NCBI RefSeq assembly: GCF_024521635.1
Contig: NW_026250403.1
Span: forward strand, 868,001 to 932,000
Origin: Tricharina praecox
Lineage: Eukaryota
Direction of reading: 5' to 3'
DNA: 64,000 bases
Positions 12,278-25,260 of the stretch are shown here, one piece after another. Below the pieces are notes generated by a model that searched no databases, had not been told where the DNA came from, and worked only from the letters and a program-made list of their open reading frames with translations. Position 1 is the stretch's first letter; every line of letters begins with the position of its first letter. Both the position numbers and the translations under genes were made by a program.

Positions 12278-13794
12278 TCACTGCTGGCCCTTGGCCCACT
12301 CATCCCATTCGACAACTCTCTTCTGCAGCCTTGCCTGTTCCGCCCAAAACACCACCTCGTGCGCCCTGACCGCATCCTCTGTGGTACACTTGATATACTT
12401 CCGTTGTGCCTCGTCCACCGTAGCCTCACCATTCTTTACCGCAACGATAGCATCCACAAAAGCCATGGCCAGGCTGACATCGCCGCCACCGTGGCCGGAG
12501 TCAGTGTGCTGCTGGGGCGTGTAAACCTTCGTCAAAGCTGTTCGAAAGTCATACACGGTGATCGTCTCCGAGTCCGCCGTCAGCTCACCGAGCGTGCCAT
12601 ACACCTTCGTCTGTCTCTCGCAGATGCGCTGGGTATGCGCGATCATCGTGAGGGTGGCCGTTTTCGGCCCGTGGCGGGGCTCGTTCTCGTCGTCCCAGGA
12701 AAGCACCACAACCTGGTTATCCACCACGTCGTTCCCCGCGTCATATACGCAGCGGCCATATTGGCCATCTCCCTCGAGCCGTCGCTCCAGCACCTTCACT
12801 GCGTCGGCAACGTCGACGCAGTCCTCGATCTCTGGCGCGACGATCTTGTTGGGCCAGCCTGTATTGCCGTGGGAGCGGAGGTTTTCGTCGATGTAGATTC
12901 GTTTGGCGCTGTAGATACACTCTGGCTCCGCGGGGCAGCCGAAACAGTTTGTGGCCGAGCCGGCGAGGAGCGGTTTGTTGGCCCGGCGGTAGTGCACCAG
13001 TGAACCGTGCGAGGACACGGAGGTGGGCATGTGCGGCGCTGTGAGCCATAGTAGGAGATCAATGTCGTGGCAGCATTTTGTGAGGAGGGATGGTGCGCCG
13101 TTACGCCAATTCCCACTTGAATCCACAACATCAGGACCAGTTAGCTCTGAAGAGGAGGAGGAGGAGGTGCATTATAACATACCGGACATAGGAATGTGCG
13201 AAATGCCAATATCCCACAGGTTCGGTGTGATTGATATTTACCACTTCACCCACAACTTCATCTTCCACCAGGAGCTTATGAAGAAGCATATTATGTGGCG
13301 AGTACCGCAGCACATGGCCGATCGCGAACAACACCGACGGCCCGGCCGTGATCGAAGCCTGCATAGCCCGACAGTCTGCCAGGGTGACAGCCAGCGGCTT
13401 CTCGCACAGGATGTGAAGATTCAGAGGGCGTAGCGCAAGGACGATCTGCAACCGTTATAGACCCCGCGGTGCCTTGCCCAGTGCCCCTCCTCCCTCCCAG
13501 GGCGACGACGAACGGATATAGTACCTCGGCATGGGTCTCGTCGAGGGTACAAACGCACACGCCATCGACCTTCGCCCCGATGGCCTCGCCGGCAGCGACA
13601 AAGTCTGACCACGACGAGAACGCGAGCGAGTCGGCGATGCCGAATCGCCGCTGGAACTCGCGGCGCTTGTACGGCAGCGGTTCGGCGACTCCGACGATCG
13701 CTCCGTGCCCGTTGGAGTGCTTGGCTATCGCTTTGGCGTAGGCATACCCGCGGGATCCGGCGCCGATGATGAGGATGCGTGCGGGTTCTTGCAT
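12278..13794 (-). CDS. Gfo/Idh/MocA family NAD(P)-dependent oxidoreductase; exons 13794-13525, 13445-13183, 13115-12278
   Basis: ILIIGAGSRG Rossmann motif, HILCEKP, GHVLRY, HSYVRGNWR, LLTKCCHDIDL and GHGGGD. Introns 13524-13446 and 13182-13116 restore the frame. Confidence 0.92.
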
Positions 13795-15039
13795 CGCTGT
13801 CGGTGGATGTTTGCAATTATGGAGGAAGCTTGTGCGGTGTTTAGTTACAAGTGACAGCTAGCAACCGAAGTCTAAGTGCTGTAGGTAGGAGCTATCCATG
13901 AGAGCGGGGTGCGCTGCTGGCGTTGTGTAACAGGGCCGGACACCGGGCTATCGATCGCCGTGCCAAGGTTCCTGCCGATAAGCATAAGCATGGTCGATGT
14001 GGCCAGTAACGCGGGTCGGTTTTTGAGGAGCTTCCGGGTAGGTTTAAAGCGAGCCTGATTATGAGATGATCTGAGCCATGTGCTCGAAAAGTGGCGGGCT
14101 ACTTGACTCATAAGAACTCACTCGGCGAGCTCCTCACGGACCGTGCTGAAAAATATCATTCGTTTGTATGTACTTTGCCGTGCTGTTGCCTCATCTTCGG
14201 GGGGTTTACTCCTTACTTCTCAGCATTCTCAACCTCAAGTATCCAATGATCTATGTACCTCTTTATTAACACCAGTCATTTCTTCATCATATTTTTTGAC
14301 AGACCAAGCTGACAGAGAGATGGTGACGGTCCAGTTCAGTCCAGTCCAGCAACTTCGAGGACGGTCCCGGACCAGTCTATGTACCATAGGTACTTGTCAG
14401 AGATAAGGACGGAATACAATTATGTCAGACAGCTAAGGGCATGTATCATATCATATCTGATAGATCGGGGGCAGTAGTGATCTTGAACGCCTCGGACGGC
14501 CCGATGTCTTCCAGTCCCGTCTAGTCCCGTCCAGGCCAAAAACCCGAATCAACGTGGCCTTGAGGAGCGCTGGCTACACTGCATTCTGCCCCATACCACG
14601 TTTATTTACTGCAGTTTCTGTCATTTGAGCCTGGCGGATGGGAGGGGTGAGCGTCACACCCAGTTTTACATAAGCCCCCAAACTTGACCACTGCCCTCCC
14701 GTCGTCTCTATAAACTTCTGCGCTCTCTATACATAATGAAATCCTCGTAGGCCCTATCCAGGGCGATCCCCACTGCCTAGGTAGTAGAACCTCATATTTG
14801 TCACGATCAACCTCCTTCCTGGATCTCCAATCCCTCGATGGACCGGACAGTCTACAGACTACAGTAAGAAAATACCCAAAGAAGAGAAAGAAAAGAAGAG
14901 AAGGAATCCAACGCATGGTAGAAATCAACAAAACACAATCCATTACTCATCACGCAGGGTAACAAAAAAAAAACCTACACCCCCATGCTGCCTCAAATAA
15001 CGCCGTGGAACGGGCTCGCTTGGTTGGTGATAGCAAGGA

Positions 15040-17698
15040 CTACCACCCTCTCCTCTTCCTCAGGTACTTCTTCCTCTTCCGAGGAGCAGCCGCAGCAGGC
15101 AGAGGAGAGACTGGCTCGTCCACCACTTTCGCCCAATCTGCAAGGCCACGAAGCCGCTCCGCCTTATCTTCCTGTGCCCTATATGGCAGGGGCTTCCACT
15201 GGTGATGGCTCCCCTCATCCTCTTCCATGAGCTGTTTCGAAGCTTCGTCTGTAGCGATCTCCGTGGTAAACTGCAACTTCCGTTGCGAATACATAGCTCG
15301 CGTGGCAGCTACCGCGTCGAATAGCTGCCAGCCTGATGGAGGAGATCCAGACACCTGCTGGGCATTGTCCGTCTTAACTTTCTTCGACTTCTGCTCTTGG
15401 AGCTCGTCGGCGATATCGCGCTCCTGTTGTTTCAACAGGGTGATCTCTCTCTGACGGTGTAAGAACCGCAATTTAGCCCGGTCGCCGCGGGCCGCAGCGA
15501 CATATTCGAGCGGACGAGTGGAGTTCCAAGCATTTCGCTGCCATATGAGTCGTTGCTCGTAAAGGTAGTCATCGGAGAGAGACTCTTTTGCAGTGCTGCG
15601 CTTTCGTTTGCGCGGTTTCTTGTTACTGGCAAGAGGTATTTCCTCCTGCCCTCCATGAGGGTCCTCGTTCTCTCCATCCACACGCAATTCTATATTCGCC
15701 TCCGATGCAGGCCCCTGTGCCACGGATGGGCTGGTAGCTGCATCCACAGATCCTACAGAACTCTCGGTTTCCGGTGTTGGGTCCGGTGTGGGAAGACCTT
15801 GGGGGCTAGTCGTTCGGTAGAAGTCTGGCCCCGACAGGTGGTGCGAAAAGACGCTCTCCAAAAAAGCCCCAACCCGAATAACCGACACCCGGACCGGCTC
15901 ACAGAAGTTTGGGAACTCCAGCAAGAACTCGCGAGCGAGTGCCTTGGGAGTGAACCCCAGCCCCCGGATCTGAGAATTGTTGTGCGGCTGGGGAATATTG
16001 AGACGATCACACAAGGTGTGAAAGCAGGATTCAAGGAGAGCGCCTCGCTTGATACAGTGGTCTCTGAGCCTCTCATTCTCGGCCCCTGTTAAGCCATGCA
16101 GTTCGCGGTCTGCCTCTTCGGTCTCCCGGGTGGGTGAGGACCGCGTGCTTGAATGGTCCTCATCGGACTCGTTCGGGTCCTGGCTGTCCTGGCTGTCAAG
16201 ACTGTCGTCGACCACGATGGGACTTTTGCTACTGGTCCCCGGAACCTCGGTCGTATCAGGAGGTGTGGTAGATGCTGGCTCCTTTCCTGAGGTATTTGCA
16301 TGTGAGGTAGGCTTGCCCGAGGTGACATTCCGAGATTTTTTCGACCCTTCCTCGATGGGTTCCCAACGAGGCACAGGTCTTGCCAGCACTGGGATCCCAT
16401 TAAATTGTGGGCATCCATTTTTCTTCCAGGCCTTGTACTTGACGGTCGTCCCGTCATGGCAGTATGCGGCAATATTGTCGACGAGAAAATCGAGTTTCTT
16501 GGTCAGACTAGCCTTTTTGTTCGCAAAGTACTGCTTGAAAGGGGTCTCTGCAATCGACGATCCATCTTGCCTGGTGGCAAGCAAGTAAGTGAGGGTTTCG
16601 TCGAGCCTGTGGACGCTGCCTTCTACTTGGTTGAGTTAGTAAAGTTCATTGGGGTAGCTGGATGGATATTCCTACTGTTGGACTCCACTTTGCTGTAAAA
16701 TTCGTGGCTTACGCCCGCTTTGACCAACTCGGGTGCTAAGAAAAAATAAATTATGACAACCATCTTCGAGTGTTGGGGACTTGGTGGATGCACTTACTTT
16801 CGAGGGTACTGTTGGTACATCCTTTCTCTGCAATGCCTTTACTGCTTGGTGCATGGTAAGGCTGTCGTTTGGTGCCTTTAACGGGGGACCCCACCCAGAG
16901 CATGGTTTGTTTCCGAACCGAAGGTGCTCCGGTACTGGATGATCTAGCATCTGCTTTTATTGTCGAGGTCTGGCCTTGCCCGAATGTTGATGGCTCACGA
17001 AGCCGGAAATCGTAACGAACTCTGTCATTGTCCCCAGGCTGGACAGTGTCCGAAGCCGCGGTCCCTGTCGGTCTTTGATTTGACCGCCATAATGACTCGT
17101 TGAGTGAGTCCTTGGTCTTGCTGACCTTCAAAGGCTTCTTAGAAACACCGGAACCGTGTTTCACTTCAAGATCTGACAGCTCCTCAGATTCACTGTCCAT
17201 GGGTTCATCCTTAAACTTCCGTTTCCCAAGCTTCGATGGGGTGTGCACTCCTACAGCCCTTGCTGTGGTAGTTTTTTGCCGTTTCGGCTTGCTGAATATA
17301 TTCAGCTCTACAGCTTCAATGCCTCGCTTTGCACCAATTTTGGATGTTCCTTTCGGTAGGTCCTATGTTGGGTTAGTCCAAATGATCTTGTAATGCAACT
17401 TTTCTGTGGACATTCCAGGAATCCAGATATTCGTTCGCAGGCATCGTGAACACAGATAGCGGAAAAGCAGGTGACTTGCCTTATTCGCGGTCTTGTTTCT
17501 TGAGGTACGCCGTATCGCTCTCAGACGAGGAGAATTTGAGTCTGACTCCAATAGGTCTGTCATTGCCTTGCCAGGAGCAGCAGAGCCATCCTCTACCCTA
17601 CCCTTATTATTTGCACTCAGGGTGACTTGCAGCCGAGTCATTCTCGGATTCTGAGGGGTCATGTTTGTGGTGTGAGTGTCTCCCTGTGACAACGACAT
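15040..17698 (-). CDS. Large Lys/Ser-rich hypothetical protein (about 788 aa) with NLS-like basic clusters; predicted exons 17698-17480, 17362-16798, 16622-15040
   Basis: Three long same-strand ORFs join in frame through introns 17479-17363 (GC-AG) and 16797-16623 (GTAAGT...ACTAAC...TAG). Basic clusters KKPRKRKR and PRKRKKYLRKRR. No recognised domain. Confidence 0.65.
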
Positions 17699-18399
17699 GA
17701 CTTCAGTTCCCTCTGAGCACAAAACAAGCTTCGTGAAGATTGGCGGTAGTGTCTAATTCCCTCGTCTTAGTCTCAAGAAAATAATATCAAGATGTCGTTA
17801 TGAGCGCCTTGATTCACTCGAGATTGAGCAGACCGACTCAAAAATCCGACAAAGCAAGATAAACTCACAATTAAAGGAGGTAATTACCAAGATGCAAGGG
17901 GTCGAGAGTGGATGTGAAGACTCTTTGAGAATGAAGAAACTGTTGAGGTGTTTTGAGGGTGAACAGTATTGATAGATCTAACCCTCCTCTTAGACCCCTT
18001 TCAGAGGGCGACTTCTAAGCCTATTTGCGCGCTTCCTAAGTGTCGTAAGAAAACAAGAGTCGCCTGTCGGGGTAGAGCAGATTCTAGCGATCGGTTGGAG
18101 GTATTGAACAAAGTACTGTCGAACGTGGTTGACGATGCAAGAGAGCGAATTGTCGAATTGTGGGCGAAGTTGTATTCGAGAAGAGAAGAGAAGACGCGAC
18201 GAGAGAAATGTGTTGGAGCTAAAAGATGAGGAGCGAGTTTACCGGACGTTGGCTAACCGAAGGGAGGCTTTAGCCCTGTTTTGCCCCGTCATTAGTTATC
18301 TATCGGCATCTGATAACCTTCCGAGGTTACATCACCACTTCCAACGTCGACCCCTCCACCTATCAATTACCCACCGCAACGATTCGCTGCTGTACCGAG

Positions 18400-19526
18400 A
18401 TGCGCTCCCGTGCTCTGTTGGTAACGTTTGATGCCTGGAAGACGTTGATTACGCCGAGGGAAGCGCCGGCGATGCAGTACACCCGGCTGGCTCGCGAACA
18501 CGGTGTCAATGTCAAGGAACACGAGGTCGCCGAGGGATTTGCGAAAGGTACTTGATTAATTTCCCTGTCGACGAATCCAAGCTCTAGGCCTGTGAATGCC
18601 GAAGTTTTGGTTGCCATCACCGATACGATTCACCAGGGAGACGATGTGGGGAGGCTGTTGCATTTACCGCACACCTGTTCTTAATATATATGCCACAAAG
18701 ACTGCGAGATGTTGCGTGTAACACTCGAAGCTAGGGGTGTTCCCCGCCCATGGGAAGCGGTGTCCAAGGGTTATGTTTGCAGAGGGGACAGAGTGGAACA
18801 ATGTTCAGCCATCACGTTATGAGTCTTCGTCTTTTCGCCTTCGCTAACGGTTAGATCAGCCTTTAGGGATGTGTATAAGAAGTATCCAAACTACGGGAAG
18901 AATGAAGGGCTGACACCAGAAGAGTGGTGGACTAAAGTATGGGCCCTAGGTTTCTTCCCGTCTTGCAATGGTCGTCGATGTTAGCAACTAATCCTTCACC
19001 GTAGATCATTCACGATACCTTCTCTCCGATCTCCCTACCTCCAGCTTTGCCCCCAGCTTTGCTGTCTCACTTTGCCACTAGGAGGGCCTACATCTTGCAC
19101 ACATCGATCCCGTTCCTGTTGAAGTCCCTCAAGGCCAACAACCAGTACGACCACACCGTCATCGGCCTGATTTCCAACTCGGACTTTCGAGTGATATCTG
19201 TTCTCCGATCTCTGGGCGTGGCTATCAAGAGTTACCCTCCAATGAAAATTGAGGATGAGTTGGACGGTGAGAACGGGACGATCGACTTTGTAACACTTTC
19301 CTACGATGTAGGGGTGGAAAAACCACAGCAGAGAATCTTCGAGGCTGCCTTCGAAGAGGCAAAGCGAAAGACGTCTGGAGGTGAAGGCCATGAGTGGGTC
19401 AAGGTGCATATTGGTGATGATATGGAGAAGGATGTTCTGGCAGCTCAAGGTGCGGGGTGGGCGGGTGTTTTGTGGGATGGCGAGGCAAAGCCTGGTGTCC
19501 TATTGGACATGATTTTACGCAAGTAG
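18400..19526 (+). CDS. HAD-superfamily hydrolase (HDHD3/REG-2-like); exons 18400-18547, 18860-18936, 19005-19526
   Basis: Motif I LLVTFDAWKTL, YPNYG...EEWW, motif II LISNSD, motif III VEKPQQRIF, motif IV HIGDDMEKDV. Both introns keep the frame. Confidence 0.9.
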
Positions 19527-21253
19527 ATGGTGCGGTTCTGGTGGTTCATGTTGCTTCCAAATTTGGGTCGCCAGGTTTATAAATGATTGCTTTCCGTCAA
19601 ACCCACAAACCCATCGCGCATGTGTGATTGCCAGATGAGAACTGCGGGTCCGCAGTGTAGTGCATACTTTGTTCGTTACTTGCAAACGATTCTGTCTGTC
19701 GGGATATACTCTCACTACTATCCATCTGTGCTATGATTTCCCCTTGCTAATGTGGCCCACATTGCTGCAAGCTTGCTTTTCCATGGTGGCGAAGCACGCA
19801 GTCGGTGCGCGTGTACCGCAAGAATGTTTTTTTATCTCGTACGTATACAATGCGGCGTCCTAGTTTCGCCCATCTATTGACATGGAATCAGTGCGTCCGA
19901 TACTCCAGTCCAGTCCAGTCAATTTTTGGACATTAGTCGGACTGGACTGATAGGTGTAGTCTGCGCTGCTGGTAGAACTGGACGGACCGCAGTCGACTGC
20001 ATGGACTGGTACGTTGAATTGAAAATGTTGGAAATCAGTAGTATGCTACCTATTCAATCTTCCGGAAGCCTTATATGAATTGGTTGAACGTCCCTTCAGA
20101 CCCGGCTTCTTTGCATGAAACACATCTGGAACCGTGGAGCTTTCGTTGGCACGGGCCAAGGGTTTCATTTTTCTTCTCATTGAATACGGGGACGAGGCAT
20201 CGGTGGTGGCAGATACGAGTCCATATCTCGGTAGCTGTTGAGAATGGTCTTGAAATTGATAGGGTGCACTGGTAGAAGGAAGGATACTGGAGTATTATTG
20301 CAAAACGGGTGGAAGAATGGATTTTGAAGGGTTGAAAGAGTTGCGGTGATGTTGCTTCTAAAGGTTTAAGGATTCGGCGGGGTTTTAAGATATCAGCCAG
20401 CCACATGGTTTGACCGCCAGAATTCTGTTCCTGGGGTGCAGACGAGCTCCTTTCACTGTGTGGGTTGAGAGGGAGAAGGTGGTCCAGTTTCGAGATGTTG
20501 GGGGCTTCGTCTACAGTACCTACTGGGACAAAGGTGTTCGCCACCGTCCAGATTTACGCCATAGATTGCCATATTTGCTTTGTAGATATATCCACCCCTA
20601 AATAGCACTTGATATGTTCTGCAACTCACAAGACCCATCGAGTACCGTAGTTCTCATCGGCGAATCAGGATTAGAATCGGGGGAACCGGAGGCCCCGGAG
20701 GCGTGCAGCACGGTTGCGATGAAGACCTCTATATGTACGAACTTCAGTATCGGGCATCGAACGGACTGCAAACAACGACTATTCCAGCGGGACAACCACG
20801 AATTTCCATTTCCAGAGGCTGGGTTTTCCGCAGATAGAAACTAGGGTGGTTCTAAAGATACGCGGCGTATGATCCACAATGGCATCCGGATTCCGGATAG
20901 GTCAAGTTGATACTTGAGATTTCACGGCGCAAACATGACAATTTTGGTGAGCGTTTGTGGGAAACGAATAGCGACTGCTGTGCGTTAAGTACATGGCAAC
21001 GGGCTACAGTTCTTAATCTACCAAAGAGCTTGGATCAACAGTCAACCACGTACCGTACATGTCATGGTGGTTTGCTTCGGTAGACTTACGGTATTCTCCC
21101 CTCAAATCGCCGGATCAATCCAGTAGTCGTTGGTTACTTAGTTGTCGCTTTCCTCCGATAGCAATCACACCCCGTTCTTTTGGTGCTAGAGCCGTGGACG
21201 CCCTGCCGTCAAAATCCAGAACGTCCTGGAAAATATACTAGTAGTGTTGAATA

Positions 21254-21471
21254 CCGTATCTACTCGTAAATAAGACACAACCGTTGAGTATTGTGGATGA
21301 GCTTGCCGAGTGGAAACGGGTGACACGAGCGCGGCGACGGAGGGCTGTATGGTGCTTTGTACAAGTGATCGTGCTCAAATGGCGACAAAAGTGGTTAGTG
21401 GACTTCCATTGCCAGTCGGCAAGCTCATTCACAATGCTTAGCGGTTGTGTCTAATTTACGAGTAGATACGG
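21254..21471. mobile_element. MITE / foldback element, Tc1-mariner-pogo(Tc2)-like, about 66-bp imperfect TIRs, TA flanks
   Basis: TA|CCGTATCTACTCGTAAAT... at 21252 and its reverse complement ...ATTTACGAGTAGATACGG|TA ending at 21473. Eight mismatches over about 68 bp; non-coding 86-nt core. Confidence 0.8.
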
Positions 21472-24400
21472 TAACAAGTAAAGCTGACATTCATGCAGCC
21501 AATCACAGCCGCGAATTTTAGATGTCACGTTTCAAACCCTTCCGAGTTTTCACAGGATGGTCTAGTCTACTATATTCTATAGGAGCTCTAGAGTAGTTAC
21601 CGTAGTCTAACTGCGGAGATATGGCATCAATACTGTCAGTACTCAGAATACGGGGTTTTGATGCCATGATAGACAAGAAGATTAATGCTCAAATTCAGCA
21701 CGCTCCCATGGGCCGGCCACGCATTTACTCAATAAATACACCCTCCTTCCGAGCAACAGTAGGCTACTCTACCGAAAAGCAAGCCAGCATAACCACTACC
21801 TATGGGACATAGCAACACCGCAGAAAAGGCATTCATATCGACACCGGTATGTAGAGCAAGGCTCAGTATCCAGGGCTCTAATATAGACGTTACCACCCAC
21901 AGCCTACTCTAGAGTTGCCTACGCTGGGTCGACAAGACTTTATGGAATACCTCATGCGGCGTGAGAGCTTTCGCCGCAGAACTCACATGATATCACTCGC
22001 TCACAAATCCGACTTCCGGGCTTTCCGGGCTGGAGTCGCTGGAAAATACCTGGGTGCACTATAGCATAGTACATGGGCTGTGAATATGCGAAATAAATTG
22101 ATGTTCTTTCGCCTTATCTTTCTTTTCCTCTCTCGCTGGGCTGGAAAACAGATGGTGCATAAGAACATGCGAAACTAGGTAAGCCATCTAAAAATGTTTT
22201 TGGTCTTGGAATACTCCAGGTATGTATAGTAAAGAGTGTATTTGATACCGTATTCTTACGTGGTTTTTGTGGACCACTTGGACCTTGGGTGCTCTATCTT
22301 TTCTTAGTGGTTCACCGGTCCATCCCTAGAACTTCCGAACGAGGGATCCTCTACCGGTAGTACCCGGGAACGACGTGAAGCTCCATCTGTAGAAAAGTTA
22401 CCATCCAGTCATATTTCAATCAATTGAGGTCGCTGTCAACGTTGTGAATTCGAGGCGCACCGATACCGGTAATACTGACAGGCGCCTGAGGCGCCTGTCT
22501 AGCCAGTAGTTCACATACACAATATCTGCAACCTGCAGCTATATAGTAATATATCAGCTCACGCCGTTGTTGCAATGCCGGAGACTCGGAACCACGTTGG
22601 AAACAATTGGTCAATGGCGGTCCGGGGAAGCAGCTCTTCTAGACATCTGCATGCCGAGTATATGTACTAGGAGCAGCCATCTGTTATCTGGGCAATTCAT
22701 GTGCCTACGGAGGCTAGTTGTATTCTGCAGATTAATCTTGAGCACTGTGAAATTCTTTTGAAATGTAGAGTAGAGTAGAATATAGCAGATTCGACGCAGG
22801 GCAATCAACACTTGCAGATGCCGCGTCTTCCTGTAGATAGATACCACCAGATACCTATGATATGTGCATTGTGCGGTCCGGATGGGTATTGAGTGGTAGT
22901 AGTCCAATCCTCGCAGATTACATACCTGCTCGCATGCAGACCGTCCTAACGGATTTATTGTAGAATCGAACGGCTGGCTTGCGTACGTACGATAGGTCTA
23001 GAGTGGAGTACCTAGGTTGGCCCAGGCCCTCAAGCTGGGATCTGGATTGCCCATTTGACGAAAACGATGTTTGGCGCAAGGCCCAAGTGTAGGTACTCCA
23101 CGCATGATGAGTGCGAGGCCGTTAGTTAGTTAGCGGCGATTTCGCATCGGAACGAGCCGAGCCTGCCGAGTTCAATCTACATGACAAAGGTTCGGCATCC
23201 GGAATTCTCCTCGGCAGTGCGGAGGCAAACATACTCCGTGGGTATGATGGGTACGGGGAATGCTTAATTTGTAGAGACAAAATTCGCCGATACAGGCTCC
23301 TGCCGCACGTCGATGCGGAGTTTATATGTGGGAAATACATTAGGTACCTAGGGGCTGCTTCGTCACGGCTTTTGAGTAGAGTGGACTTTTGAGCAGACTT
23401 TTGAGTAGAGTAGCTGTGGAGATCTTCGAAACGTGGAACGCAGCAAAGTTGCTGATCGGATGGAGCAGGCCTGGACGCGCAAGAGCGATGCCAAAATTGG
23501 TAATGCCATTATCCATATGCACCCGGTGCCGGCAGCACATCCGGAGTCCGGGGCTGGGAGTGTGGGGGACATGAAGATCTATGTAGAGTGGGTAGCTGCG
23601 CTTTTCCAATCCATCCCGAGTGGTGGCCTACCTAGCGGCATGGCTGCGAACGACTCCCGTGTCCCGAGCGTTGGCTGCGGTTGTTCGTATGTATGATGGC
23701 TGGGCCGGAGTAAACTTTAAAGCCGTGGCTAGGGCATGTTTGATTGACTTTTCCGTAGGCAGGAAGCCGCGGGATAGGTAGGTATCGTGCGCGATTAGGC
23801 ACACAATGATACCTATGGCTGCCAATGTTTGAGCTTCAGGCTTCCAGAATCCAGGCTCGTGCTGGGAGGAAGTTCTCGCCACCAACCGTCCCGTAAACTC
23901 GGCTGCATACTTCGTTAGTTAGCAGGTCGTCTTCGCAGCCAATAGAAATTAGTAACAGACCTCCAGAGTCCAGAGCGGTGACATCGTCTTCGCCCAAGTC
24001 CGGCCGATCGCAACCATCTCAACCGAAAAGTTAGATACACAGGAAGGACTTTTTTTTCACAGCATCGAACGGTGGGTAAGAAGCATGTAGAGTACGTACT
24101 TGCACTTTGCGCTTGTCTCTTCACACCCTCTTCGTCGCAAGTGTTGGAATCCCTTCACACCCTCTTCTGCGGAAGTATCGCTCGGCACCTTGGTATGATA
24201 CCTAGCACCGTATGATTCTATGAACATTCGAGTTTCGAGCTGGGAGGCAGTGAGACTCGAAAGCTCAAGAGGCGCGGCGCGGATATAGTAGGACATCCTC
24301 GATGCCTGACAGCCTTGCCCCGCCCCCATTACCAGAAGTTAGGGGTTGATCCGAGCGAACCAGTGGATTCTCGACTACTCTGGAGTCTAGCAGCTACTAA

Positions 24401-25260
24401 TAGCTCCAATTATAAACCGGTCCGTGTGTTTTTCGTGCCTGCCCGTCCGTCGTCCGCAGCATTCGTCGCCGCGGCCGGATCATGGCCCTCGGATTGTCGC
24501 ACAAACTTCAAGCCCACCCGCCTAGGAAATATATAAATCAGTCGATTGGGAACTCTATGCTCTTTCGCTCTGTCTCCGAGGCTTCTGCAAGATGTCATCA
24601 CCTGGCCATCACCTGGCCATCACCTCGAAGTTTTTTTTCATGATTTTCGGTCTTTCATGCGCGGTTTCAGGTGAGGCATATCTCCACGTTACACCGGAGG
24701 AATGTTCCACACAACACGCCCGTCGCCCGGATTCCTTCAGCATGCAAGGCATGGAAGTCCCCCCCTAGGAATATGCTGGACGCTAGATGGAGAGTGTGGG
24801 AATTCTCGGTTCCAGCGGTGCGGGTGTCAGTGGGCGCTCACCTCATCGCATGCTGGATGTGCATGTTTGCTTGTTTGCTAGTTACTACGGTAGTATTTAG
24901 TTATGCCCCACACGGAATCGAAGCGCCAAACAAATTGCCAACTTCCGGGAAGGGCCTGTGTTGGTGCTCGGAAACTCTTCCCCGGAGAAATCCGGTGGAC
25001 ACGGGAACTTGCTTTCGCTCTCGTATCACCGGGAAGGGAGTGGGTGGGTGAGGGAGAGTTTTATACATGGCCTGACCTGATAAGCAGAGGAGGATCCTCT
25101 TCGCCTAGGACACTCCTTGCTCGCTGTCTGCCATCGTCACCTCGACTCGATCCTGCTCTACTACATATACCTGCTGCTCTTCAGTCCGGCACGCTGAATC
25201 TCCCTTCAGGCCCCTCCACCCCACTAATCGGTCGGCTAGTCGCCAGCTACCTCCCCAGTC

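Noticed and set aside
16676-16692. 17-nt microexon in the orphan gene
   Set aside because: Frame-compatible but needs a weak GTTGTC donor; a single intron 16797-16623 with GTAAGT explains the frame more simply.
20071-20950. Possible decayed minus-strand gene
   Set aside because: Protein-like fragments are interrupted by several stops and match no family I recognise; not supportable without a search.
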